The translations under genes and the position numbers were made by a program. Positions 36,580-46,108 of a DNA stretch of 51,099 nt are shown one piece after another; within the stretch, counting starts at the first letter, position 1; each line of letters begins with the position of its first letter. The stretch covers positions 1 to 51,099 of the forward strand of contig JAEURG010000237.1 in the NCBI GenBank assembly GCA_016789345.1, in the 5' to 3' direction. This DNA is from Anaerolineales bacterium (GTDB taxonomy: Bacteria; Chloroflexota; Anaerolineae; Anaerolineales; Villigracilaceae). The notes below the pieces were generated by a model that saw only the letters and a list, made by a program, of their open reading frames with translations, ran no database searches and was not told the origin of the DNA.

Positions 36580-37809
36580 ATGAAAAAACTTCACATAATC
36601 GTAGTTGAACCAATTAATGGTGGAGGGCTCCTTCACTTTAGTTACCAACTTTGTAATGCTTTATCAAAAAACGGGGCAGAAATTGAATTAATTACTGGAA
36701 CGGGCTATGAATTAGACGCTCTACCTCATCATTTCAAGGCCCAAAAAATTCTTAAATTGTGGAATGCTTTTGAAGACCGCTCCGTTGATATAAAATTAAA
36801 TTTCTTTCAAAAACAGATGGCTAACTTGTTTAGAAAAATTCGCAGATTGCCCAGAGCCTTTCGTGCCATTTGGGCTTGGGTAACCCTTACGCGTTATATT
36901 TTGCGTGCCAAGCCAGACTGGGTTTTGTTTTCAGTTTTAGAATATCGCTTTCAATCTTTTTTTGCTGGCTACCTAAAAATGCGTGGTATTTCTTTGAGTC
37001 AAATGTGTCACGAGTTTGAAGAGCGAGAAAAATCAACTTTTGAAATTACTATCTTAAAGCAGTTAAGTGTTTTATGGTACAGTTCGTTTTCCCGTATTTT
37101 TTTACTTTCGGAGGATGCCCGAAGCCGTTTCTTAAATGCATTTCATTTTGTTGATGCGCATAAAGTCATTTCAATTCCACACGGAAATTCGGAATGGTTA
37201 TTAGCCATTCAATCGCAATCTAAAAAGGATGTGCTCCGTGAAAAATATGGAATTAAAGAAAAAGAAGCGGTGGTTGTATTTTTTGGGTTACTTTCACCTA
37301 GCAAAGGTATTGAAGATTTAATTGAAGGTTTTGCTCTAGCATTAAAATCTTGTAATGCTAAGCTTGTAATTGCTGGATACCCGACAAAATATATAAATGC
37401 CTCCACCTTAAAGGATTTAGTAACACGCCTAAATATTTTAGATAAAGTAATACTAGATTTACAATATGTGCCATTGGATGAAATCGGTGCATTGATGGAT
37501 TTAGCAACTGTAGTGGTGTATCCATACCTCAGTAGTACTCAGAGCGGTGCTTTGCAAACTGCATACACATTCGGCAAACCAGTCATCGCTACAAAAGTAG
37601 GTGGCTTGCCAGAAGTTGTAGAAGATGGAAAGAGTGGCTTTTTGATTGCCCCTCGTGCACCACAAGAAATCGCCGAAAAAATTTCATTTATGGTTAACAA
37701 CCCAATTGAAGCAAAAAAGATGGGCGAATATGCTAAGGATTTATCTGAAACACGTTTTGATTGGAAAGTAGTTGCTCAAAAGATGTTAGACGCATATCAG
37801 CAATCGTAA
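36580..37809 (+). CDS. Glycosyltransferase family 4
   Basis: IPHG, FFG....KG, PY...TQSG.L..A..FGKPVI. Confidence 0.92.
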   Translation: MKKLHIIVVEPINGGGLLHFSYQLCNALSKNGAEIELITGTGYELDALPHHFKAQKILKLWNAFEDRSVDIKLNFFQKQMANLFRKIRRLPRAFRAIWAWVTLTRYILRAKPDWVLFSVLEYRFQSFFAGYLKMRGISLSQMCHEFEEREKSTFEITILKQLSVLWYSSFSRIFLLSEDARSRFLNAFHFVDAHKVISIPHGNSEWLLAIQSQSKKDVLREKYGIKEKEAVVVFFGLLSPSKGIEDLIEGFALALKSCNAKLVIAGYPTKYINASTLKDLVTRLNILDKVILDLQYVPLDEIGALMDLATVVVYPYLSSTQSGALQTAYTFGKPVIATKVGGLPEVVEDGKSGFLIAPRAPQEIAEKISFMVNNPIEAKKMGEYAKDLSETRFDWKVVAQKMLDAYQQS

Positions 37810-37821
37810 AACGACGCAGAC

Positions 37822-38838
37822 TTAAATTGACCGAATACGATTGAATGGGCTTAACAAAAAAGAAAAATGAGCCACACTATGGCGATGCGAAAGAAAAATT
37901 CTGCGAATTGTATAAGGTGATTGTTTAACACTTGATAATGAAGTTGGTCCACTTAGTAAAGTAAAAGCAGTTGATAACCCTGCCTCTTTTGTTAGATACG
38001 CAACATCATTATTAAAATCTGCTTTCATGCCATTTGGGTAAGCAAGGCTAGTAATGGGTTCACCAAGTTCTTCTTCGATTTTTTTCTTCGACCCCATAAT
38101 TTCTTGATTTGCTTCTAGTAAAGAAATACGCGTGAGAATAGGGTGATTGACTGTATGCGCACCGAATTCGATACCTGCTGAGTGCATTTCTCGAATTTGA
38201 TTCCAATTTAGCATGACATTATTAAATTTTTCATGTGGGATAGAAACGCTTAATGCCTCGGGCAGATTGGATACCCACTTTTGCTTTTCTCCTTCCTTTA
38301 AAAGTTTCATCGCTTCAATCCACGCTTTTAGCACTTCTTTTTTTTCATCATTTGTACTCCATCTTCTTTGGGTGCTATCAGGGAATTGCACACAGTCTGT
38401 TTGGGTGTGGAAAAAGCAGTAGGATGCCAAATCCCAGTAAAATGGTCGGTTTGAGGCGATGTATCCGCTTGTTAAATAAATCACGGCAGAGAAATCATAT
38501 TTTTTTAGAATGGGAAAGGCATTTGTATAGTTATCTAAGTAGCCATCATCAAATGTGATTAAAGCGGCAAGGGGTGGTAAAGGTTTGTTAAGTAAAAGCC
38601 AATCTGTTAATTCTTGCAAAGAGATGACGCGATACCATTTTTTTACAAAAGCCATTTGTTCATCAAATGCTTGTGGGCTGGCACTGATGTTTGGTTGAAA
38701 CATATCCTGATTATTTTCAAGCCAATCAATGCGGTGATAATTTAAAACCGTTAGAGAGTTTGGAAAAAGTTTTTGCGTAAAGCGTGTCATACCGCTTTTA
38801 TGAAAAAGACTCAGAATAGTTTTTGATAAAGAAGACAA
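37822..38838 (-). CDS. Polysaccharide deacetylase (CE4)
   Basis: LNYHR, ITFDDGY.DN, GAHT.NHP.L, AYPNG. Confidence 0.93.
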   Translation of the reverse strand: MSSLSKTILSLFHKSGMTRFTQKLFPNSLTVLNYHRIDWLENNQDMFQPNISASPQAFDEQMAFVKKWYRVISLQELTDWLLLNKPLPPLAALITFDDGYLDNYTNAFPILKKYDFSAVIYLTSGYIASNRPFYWDLASYCFFHTQTDCVQFPDSTQRRWSTNDEKKEVLKAWIEAMKLLKEGEKQKWVSNLPEALSVSIPHEKFNNVMLNWNQIREMHSAGIEFGAHTVNHPILTRISLLEANQEIMGSKKKIEEELGEPITSLAYPNGMKADFNNDVAYLTKEAGLSTAFTLLSGPTSLSSVKQSPYTIRRIFLSHRHSVAHFSFLLSPFNRIRSI

Positions 38839-38848
38839 TGCTTATCCC

Positions 38849-40012
38849 TTATTGCTTGTTAATTTTATTTTGGCGTATCGCAAATGCTTTGCGGTACGCT
38901 TGCCATGTTAAATCAAATTGCTTTTCAATGCTAAATTCTTTTTGCACACGTTCTTTGGCGTTATTTGATAATTGGGTTGCTAAGTTTTTGTCATTGGCTA
39001 ATGTAGTGATTGCACCTGCTAATGAGGCAGGGTCATTTGGCGGAACAAGCAAGGCATGTTTTTCGTGAGTTATTAATTCTGGAATTCCGCCAGTTTTAGA
39101 AGCAATCATTGGAATACCAAGTGAAGCCGCTTCTAATAATGCAATTGGTGTGCCTTCGTATCTGGATGGCATTACGAAAATATCACTAGATTTTACAATC
39201 GGCAAAACTGTTTCACGGTCTTGATAGCCTGCCAATGTTACCGCCTTTTCAAGTTTTGCTCGCTGGATTTGTTTTTCTAATTCAGGTCTGAATTTACCTT
39301 CACCGACAATGAGAATATGAATCGTGTTGTTTGTTTGTGCAATTAATTCTGCGGCTTTGATTAATACATCATGTCCTTTAATTGAAACAAGCCTTCCAAC
39401 CGCGGTGCAAATCATTTTATTTTCAGGTAATGAAAATTTATTAATGAGCCAATCACGTTGACTAGTACTTTGTTGTGAAGAGGTGTCAATAGCGTTGTAA
39501 ATCAGTTCAATCTTTTCATTCGGTATATTGGATTCCAAAGCAGATTTACGGTCATTTTCAGAGACTGTGATGTATAAATCTAAATTAGCATTTGTTGCTA
39601 ACTCTAGCATGGTGTAAATTTTCCCTTTTAATGAAAACTTTCCATGCTCATTTGCATACCAACTATTTAATGTTGAGACTAGTGTGGCATCTGTGTTTTT
39701 TACTGCCAAACTTGCCCAAAATTTCGATTGGATGTTCTGTGCATCTAAAACTTGATAGCCTTCTTGCACTATTAACTTCTTGATATTTTTTGGAATTTGA
39801 GTATCTAAACGATGTTCACCAACGATGTGAAGTGGGATGTTGAACTTTTTCGCTTCTTGACTAACGGCACTTGAGCGAACTGCGGCTAACCCCACTGTGC
39901 CTGATGCCGCTTTACGCATTAACGTCACAATTCTAGAGGTAGAACCACCATATCGTATAGAAAGGTCTATAACCAATACCTTTAAGTTTTTAGTGTGTGT
40001 AAAAGACTCCAT
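38849..40012 (-). CDS. Glycosyltransferase family 4
   Basis: VGRL...KG, PS.YEG.P.ALLEA. Confidence 0.93.
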   Translation of the reverse strand: MESFTHTKNLKVLVIDLSIRYGGSTSRIVTLMRKAASGTVGLAAVRSSAVSQEAKKFNIPLHIVGEHRLDTQIPKNIKKLIVQEGYQVLDAQNIQSKFWASLAVKNTDATLVSTLNSWYANEHGKFSLKGKIYTMLELATNANLDLYITVSENDRKSALESNIPNEKIELIYNAIDTSSQQSTSQRDWLINKFSLPENKMICTAVGRLVSIKGHDVLIKAAELIAQTNNTIHILIVGEGKFRPELEKQIQRAKLEKAVTLAGYQDRETVLPIVKSSDIFVMPSRYEGTPIALLEAASLGIPMIASKTGGIPELITHEKHALLVPPNDPASLAGAITTLANDKNLATQLSNNAKERVQKEFSIEKQFDLTWQAYRKAFAIRQNKINKQ

Positions 40013-40021
40013 GTATTTGCT

Positions 40022-41221
40022 TTATCTTCTTTCTACTTTTTGCCATAAATGCCCTTGTCCACCTTTTATAAATTGAAAAAAACCCTGTAATGCCGCAAAA
40101 TTGCTATTAACTAAAAAGGTTGGTAAATAAAACAACAAACGCAAACGACTGTTTCCTTGTTGTTTTTCAATCTTCATTCCAACGATCGCCATAAGATAAA
40201 AAATAGTTTGCAAAATTAATAAAATTAAACCGAAAGGTTGTGAAAGATAAAGCCAATCATTTGGTCTTGGATATGGTATTAAAACTGCAAAAAGATTAAG
40301 TATAAATACGATAATCATAAAAAATGGCACAAGCGGGCGAAGGTATTTATGAGAAACAATCTGCCAAATTAGAATGGGATTTTTAGGAAGCAATCGAAAA
40401 GACATGGAGATGGCTTGGTATCTACCTGCGTTAATTCTTCTACGCCTAATCATCTCATCTTTTGCACTAGGCGAGATGCGCTCTGTAGATTTTGCATCTT
40501 CTACATAAACTAGTTTGTATCCTTGCCGTAGGGTTTGCATGGCAGAAAAGAAATCGTCATTAATAATATGATTCGGTGGTGTAGAGTATAAATTTTTCCG
40601 AATTGCGAGAATTTCACCTGCTACACTTGTGCAACTGCTTACTCGGCTTTCTTGCTTCTTGATAAACGATTCGTATTTCCAATATAACCCTTCTGAATTA
40701 CCAAGTTCACCATCCCCTTTTTCAATGGTTTTCGAGCCACTTACTGCTCCAACCTGTGGATCAACAAATGGCTGGGCGAGTTTTTGAATTGTATTTGGCT
40801 TATAAAAATTGTTTGCATCTGAAAATACGATAATTTCACCAATAGCATACGGCATTGCTCGATTAATTGCGGCCATTTTCCCTTTGCGTTCAGGTTGATG
40901 AAGAAGCGTAATACCTAACTTTTCGAAAGGTTTTACAACTTGTTCTGTGCCATCATTTGACCCATCTGTAATAAGTAATATTTGGAGCTTGCCTTTGGGA
41001 TATTCAATCGCAAGGCTATTTTTTATTTTTTCTTCTATTACATTTTTTTCGTTATATGCCGCAATCAACAAAGTCACAGAAGGTGTATAGATAGACTGTG
41101 AGTTATTTTTATTAAATGATGGCATAAGCCAAATCAGAATCGGATACCCAAAATAAGTATATAAAATTGCACAAACGCTGAACCAAAAAAACATAGCAAT
41201 GATGAACGATAGAACAGTCAT
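40022..41221 (-). CDS. Membrane glycosyltransferase family 2 (PgaC/IcaA-like)
   Basis: IAAYNE, DGS.DGT, FSDAN, YWKYE, NDD, RRRINAG; TM at both ends. Confidence 0.92.
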   Translation of the reverse strand: MTVLSFIIAMFFWFSVCAILYTYFGYPILIWLMPSFNKNNSQSIYTPSVTLLIAAYNEKNVIEEKIKNSLAIEYPKGKLQILLITDGSNDGTEQVVKPFEKLGITLLHQPERKGKMAAINRAMPYAIGEIIVFSDANNFYKPNTIQKLAQPFVDPQVGAVSGSKTIEKGDGELGNSEGLYWKYESFIKKQESRVSSCTSVAGEILAIRKNLYSTPPNHIINDDFFSAMQTLRQGYKLVYVEDAKSTERISPSAKDEMIRRRRINAGRYQAISMSFRLLPKNPILIWQIVSHKYLRPLVPFFMIIVFILNLFAVLIPYPRPNDWLYLSQPFGLILLILQTIFYLMAIVGMKIEKQQGNSRLRLLFYLPTFLVNSNFAALQGFFQFIKGGQGHLWQKVERR

Positions 41222-41432
41222 GGTATTGAAATCCTACAACATGAGTTTATGTGAGAATATTAAGCAAAACTCTCAAAGCTTTATTCGTGTAGCATTTAAT
41301 AGGCAGTCAACCCTAAATGATACATATTACCTACTAAGAATAGAAGAAATGATTTTAGATCAATTTCGATGGTAAAATTTTTACCTTGTAAAGATATTAT
41401 AACATCTGAGGCAGGATGAAGGAGATTGCTCC

Positions 41433-42545
41433 ATGGAAGTAAGGTTTATTCTTAAAATTTTACAGAGAGGTTGGTGGCTGATTTTAATTTCAGCATTACT
41501 AGCCCTAAATTTCTCTCTAATATATTCATATTATTTCGCTTCACCACAATACGAGTCAGTAGCCCGTTTCATTGTCAGCCCTAATCTCCAAAGCACAGAT
41601 AGCCAAGATATTGTTGATAGTTTAGACACATTAGATAGACGATCTATTATTGCCACTTATGCTGAAGTGCTAAATAGCCATCAAATTAAACAAGAAGCCT
41701 TACTGCTTTTAGGAGATGAACCCTCAGCCTTTAAAGATTACACAATGTCTGCCACATTGATACCAGATGCTAATGTTATTCGATATAGCGTGAAAGGTCC
41801 AAATCCAGAAGTTGCGGCTTTACTAGCAAATGGAATAGGACAATATGCAATTGATTATGTTCGCAGGCTTTATATTGTTTACAATATTGATTTTTTGGAT
41901 AGAGCCATCCCAGATGAAGAAGCAATTCGCCCGCGTCCATTACAAGACGCTATATTGGCTCTGATGGTCGGCATTGTGCTTGGCGTCGGGCTGGCGATTT
42001 TCCGTGACCAAGTTTCAGCAACCATCACACGCTTTGGACAACGTAATACCATTGACTATGAATCGCAATCTTACACTCGTACCTACTTTGACCGCCACAT
42101 GCGTCAAGAAATTGTTAAACAACCAGATGTTGTCATCACGTTAGGGATAATTCATCTCAATGGAATACAAGATATTTATGATTCTTTGCCACAAGTTTAT
42201 ATAAACCAAATACTGCGCAAAGTTACAGAAACTCTAAGATATCAACTTCGTGGAAATGATATTGTTGGTCGCTGGTCTAAACTGCAATTTGCAGTATTAC
42301 TACTTGGAACAGATGGAATTTCTGCAAATAGTCGCTTTGAGCATATTCAAGAAATTTTAGACCAACCTATTTCATTAGAAGATGGCGGAGAATTTGATAT
42401 CAATCTTGATGTACGCATTGGCTTTGCTGACCGTCAAGGTGGCGAGGCCATTAATGTATTAATTAATCAAGCAGAAAGCGCATTGAGCATATCTATGGAG
42501 TCTAATACGAAGACGAATATGTATAAAGTTCGCCCCTTCGGTTAG
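41433..42545 (+). CDS. Wzz/YveK-like chain-length determinant fused to a degenerate GGDEF domain
   Basis: N-terminal LKIL.RGWWLI-TM, P.Y.S.A, A.P....RPRP-TM; C-terminal RGND I-site with SKLQF in place of GGDEF, LI.QAE.AL. Confidence 0.82.
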   Translation: MEVRFILKILQRGWWLILISALLALNFSLIYSYYFASPQYESVARFIVSPNLQSTDSQDIVDSLDTLDRRSIIATYAEVLNSHQIKQEALLLLGDEPSAFKDYTMSATLIPDANVIRYSVKGPNPEVAALLANGIGQYAIDYVRRLYIVYNIDFLDRAIPDEEAIRPRPLQDAILALMVGIVLGVGLAIFRDQVSATITRFGQRNTIDYESQSYTRTYFDRHMRQEIVKQPDVVITLGIIHLNGIQDIYDSLPQVYINQILRKVTETLRYQLRGNDIVGRWSKLQFAVLLLGTDGISANSRFEHIQEILDQPISLEDGGEFDINLDVRIGFADRQGGEAINVLINQAESALSISMESNTKTNMYKVRPFG

Positions 42546-42575
42546 AAAACTCTTTTTACAGGTCATGGAGTTGTT

Positions 42576-44873
42576 ATGAAAATTAAGGCAATGGTTTTTA
42601 TTTTACTGATTGGAATATCGCTTTTCCCTATTTCAGTATCTGCACAAAATGATGTATATGGCGACTTGCCAGATGTTTTGAATGAGATACAAATTACAGA
42701 TAATCGTGCCACTTTTACATTTTCTGATTTAGGCATATCTGAGAGAAACTTGCTTGGGCCCTTAAGTGAAACAACAATATTTTTTAGCGTCCCCCCAAAT
42801 TGGCAACTTACTAGTGGAAGCACCATACAACTGCAATTTGAAGTCCTCATGAGTGGATTGGGAGAGCGTGCAGTTGAAAATGTCAGTTATGTGGCGGGAG
42901 CAAATATTACCGTTGAATTTAATAATGTACTAATAGGTATCGTAACCATTGACCGCTCTGGAAGCTACGCACAAGTATTTTCAATTCCCAGTGAGGCTTT
43001 GGCTTCACCTCGTGCAGACGGCCGTCATGCTATCACAATTGGACTAGATGCCCAATTGGGTTGCAATTATGACTTAAACACATCTGTTAAGGTAAAACTG
43101 ACTTCAGTTGTTGATTTGTTTTATCAACAAGGGAGTCCTAATTTAGATTTATCTCGATTACCAGCCCCCTTTTACCTTAATAATTCTATTGTGAATGACA
43201 GCACCTTAGTAGTTGTTCAGGATAATCCTGACCCCATTGAATTGCAAGCTGCACTAAATGTTATATCTGGGTTTGGTGCTATGATAAATAACAACTACAA
43301 TATTCAATTAATAACTTACAGTACCCTTACCGAATCCTTAAGGGCACAAAATCACCTTATTTTCATAGGCTTGCTTGATAGTTTTGATATATTATCAAAT
43401 GTTAATTTTCAAACATCGACAAATAATACACAGACTTCTAGTTTGCTTGAAGGTGATGGAGTATTGCAATTAGCCTTATCTCCATGGAATCAGTCTAAGG
43501 TGGTTTTATTAGTTAGTGGGAATTCCCTAGAATCACTTTCCAAAGCCGCTTATGCCCTAAGTACTGGGAATATTTTAATTTATCAAAACCCGGAAATTGC
43601 CTACATTTCAAATGTGCAGTTCTTACCTGCTGATATACCTGTTGTTGAACAGTTTACATTAGAAGATATAGGTTATGCAACAATCACCTTAGATGGGGTA
43701 GGCGGTCAATCTGAAGAATTTACTTTTTATGTATCTAAATCGCAAATTGTAAGCAACAATGCTTATATTGAGCTTATTTACAACCATTCTGGTTTGGGAG
43801 ATTATTCTGCATCTGCTTTCTCATTATACTTAAATGGTAATGTGTTTTTCACGAAACTGTTATCCAAAGAAACTGAGCAAGTCACTACCTTACAAGTGCG
43901 CATTCCACCGGGTTTCTTGAGACATGGAGAAAACGTACTTGAATTGGATGTTGACCTGTTGGTTGGACAAGGTTGTGACGCTGGCGCGTTCGTTGAACCC
44001 TGGTTCACTATTTCAAATCAGTCTTTGTTTTTTGTGCCATCCTCTGAAGTTCCTCTATCACAAACTTTATTGCGCGACCTAAAGTTTTACCCTGAACTTT
44101 TTACTATCACCAGTGATTTAAGCGAAATTACTTTTGTCGTGCCTGAAGCTAATACCGAATCTTGGCGTACAGCTGCTCAGATTTCATATCGACTTGGACA
44201 AACGGTACAACCTGGTATTTCAAATATTCAGGTTGCTTATGGTAATGACCTATCTGAAAATACAAAACAAAACCAATCTATGATTATTATTGGAAAGCCA
44301 AGTGATTTGCCGTTTATCTCAGAAATTAATGACTTCTTGCCAGCACCTTTTGACCTTGAGACTAACACTGCAAGTGAAAGGCAGTTAATGATATCATACC
44401 GAATCCCTGATGGGCAAAGTGTAGGATATTTAGAATTATTGCAATCTCCTTTTAATAGTGAAAAAACGATATTGTTTGTTTCTGGAAATTCAGATTTAGG
44501 CGTGCAATTGGCTGGTGACACGCTCATTTTTACAAACCTTCAAGACCAACTTGCCGGCGTATTTGCTGTAACAAATGGAACTCAAATTGCTACAGGGAGC
44601 GCGAGCTCTTCATTTTCAGTTATTGGTGAAGGCGTACCTGGCTCTCAGCAAGTGAGTGAAATCCCAATTTCCTCTCAAACATTACCACGCGATATTGAAA
44701 CCCCTGTTTGGGTATTGCCATTTATAGTTTCTACCTCTATAACCATCTTGGTAGTATCTATTTTAGTTTTTAGAAGATTTTTGATGAGAGATAGGTTACG
44801 AAAAATGCATGAAAACATATTTGAAGAAATGGTTGATGAGCAAACAGAAGAGGACCAAGAAGACAAAAATTGA
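42576..44873 (+). CDS. BcsB-like protein (cellulose synthase regulatory subunit fold)
   Basis: Signal peptide; two repeats (TF.DLG / TLEDIG; L..LP.PF / LK.YPELF); SPWN / SPFN motifs; C-terminal TM. Confidence 0.78.
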   Translation: MKIKAMVFILLIGISLFPISVSAQNDVYGDLPDVLNEIQITDNRATFTFSDLGISERNLLGPLSETTIFFSVPPNWQLTSGSTIQLQFEVLMSGLGERAVENVSYVAGANITVEFNNVLIGIVTIDRSGSYAQVFSIPSEALASPRADGRHAITIGLDAQLGCNYDLNTSVKVKLTSVVDLFYQQGSPNLDLSRLPAPFYLNNSIVNDSTLVVVQDNPDPIELQAALNVISGFGAMINNNYNIQLITYSTLTESLRAQNHLIFIGLLDSFDILSNVNFQTSTNNTQTSSLLEGDGVLQLALSPWNQSKVVLLVSGNSLESLSKAAYALSTGNILIYQNPEIAYISNVQFLPADIPVVEQFTLEDIGYATITLDGVGGQSEEFTFYVSKSQIVSNNAYIELIYNHSGLGDYSASAFSLYLNGNVFFTKLLSKETEQVTTLQVRIPPGFLRHGENVLELDVDLLVGQGCDAGAFVEPWFTISNQSLFFVPSSEVPLSQTLLRDLKFYPELFTITSDLSEITFVVPEANTESWRTAAQISYRLGQTVQPGISNIQVAYGNDLSENTKQNQSMIIIGKPSDLPFISEINDFLPAPFDLETNTASERQLMISYRIPDGQSVGYLELLQSPFNSEKTILFVSGNSDLGVQLAGDTLIFTNLQDQLAGVFAVTNGTQIATGSASSSFSVIGEGVPGSQQVSEIPISSQTLPRDIETPVWVLPFIVSTSITILVVSILVFRRFLMRDRLRKMHENIFEEMVDEQTEEDQEDKN

Positions 44874-44884
44874 TAAAAGATATA

Positions 44885-44930
44885 AATACAATAAGAAGGA
44901 CTTCGTGCACGAAGTCCTTCTTATTGTATT
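44885..44930. terminator. 46-bp perfect palindrome, likely bidirectional terminator
   Basis: AATACAATAAGAAGGACTTCGTG|CACGAAGTCCTTCTTATTGTATT between the convergent BcsB-like gene and tRNA. Confidence 0.75.
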
Positions 44931-44984
44931 AGGCATTACCCATGTTATTAAGGGGCAACCGTTGATAAGTTGTTGAACAAAAGG

Positions 44985-45057
44985 CGCCTCAGGCAGGAGT
45001 CGAACCCACAACCTACTGATCCGAAGTCAGGCGCTCTATCCATTGAGCTACTGAGGC
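44985..45057 (-). tRNA. tRNA-Arg(TCG)
   Basis: GCCTCAG/CTGAGGC acceptor, GCTC/GAGC D arm, loop CTTCGGA, GGTTCGACTCC T arm; TATAAT just upstream. Confidence 0.93.
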
Positions 45058-45136
45058 GTAACCAAAATTATACACGATTTAACCAAGCCGAAGCCATGAT
45101 AGAATCGGCGCATCTTATTACAAAGGATGATGCCGA

Positions 45137-46105
45137 ATGGTAGATGTCAAATTGTTTGGGGAGCGCGTGCGAGAAAGTTTACAAAAAGTCATTGTTGGAA
45201 AAAATCAATCACTTGAATTCGTTTTGATTGGTTTATTGTGTCAAGGACATATATTAATTGAAGACGTGCCTGGCGTAGGAAAAACAATGTTGGCGCGCAG
45301 TTTAGCCCGCTCACTAGATTGTGTGTTTAATCGCATCCAATTTACACCAGATATGCTCCCAAGCGATGTAACGGGAATTTCAATTTACAACCAACAAAAA
45401 AAGAAATTTGAATTTCGTGCGGGTCCGATTGTGGGACAAATTATTTTGGCAGATGAAATCAACCGCGCCACACCCAAAACGCAAGCCGCGTTATTAGAAG
45501 CGATGGAAGAACGCCAAATCACGGTGGATGGAGTCACGCATCCATTACCGCAACCCTTTATGGTGTTAGCAACCCAAAACCCGATTGAATACGAAGGCAC
45601 GTTCCCATTACCAGAAGCGCAACTTGACCGTTTCCTTTTGCGAATGCGTTTGGGCTACCCAAACATTCTGGATGAAATTCGCATCATTGATGACCAAAAG
45701 TTGGCTCACCCGATTGAGAGTTTGAAGCCAGTTGTAAAAGTGAAAGAATTATTGCAAGCAGTCAATGCTGTTAAGAAAGTGTATATATCAAATACGATTA
45801 AGAGATATGTTGTTGAGTTAAGTGTGCGCACGCGCCAAAGCCAAGATGTATATTTAGGTGCTAGCCCAAGAGGAAGTTTATCTTTAGCACGAGCAGGGCA
45901 GGCAATGGCGGCATTACAAGGGCGCGACTATGTATTGCCTGATGATATAAAAGCACTGGCTGTGCCGGTATTAGGACATCGCATCATTGTTAGCCCAGCC
46001 GCAAGGTTAAGAGATTTAAGCTCAGACAAAATTGTGCAAGAGATTGTTTCGGCTACGCCTTCACCGGGTGGCTCGTTCACTGCTGATTCGGCAAGGAAGA
46101 ACTAA
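45137..46105 (+). CDS. MoxR family AAA+ ATPase
   Basis: EDVPGVGKT, RIQFTPD.LPSD, LADEINR, ATQNP.E.EGT.PLPEAQLDRF. Confidence 0.96.
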   Translation: MVDVKLFGERVRESLQKVIVGKNQSLEFVLIGLLCQGHILIEDVPGVGKTMLARSLARSLDCVFNRIQFTPDMLPSDVTGISIYNQQKKKFEFRAGPIVGQIILADEINRATPKTQAALLEAMEERQITVDGVTHPLPQPFMVLATQNPIEYEGTFPLPEAQLDRFLLRMRLGYPNILDEIRIIDDQKLAHPIESLKPVVKVKELLQAVNAVKKVYISNTIKRYVVELSVRTRQSQDVYLGASPRGSLSLARAGQAMAALQGRDYVLPDDIKALAVPVLGHRIIVSPAARLRDLSSDKIVQEIVSATPSPGGSFTADSARKN

Positions 46106-46108
46106 ATC

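Noticed and set aside
29080-45057. Polysaccharide locus as an island integrated at tRNA-Arg
   Set aside because: It looks AT-richer and abuts the tRNA 3' side, but I found no duplicated tRNA 3' end at the left border and no integrase
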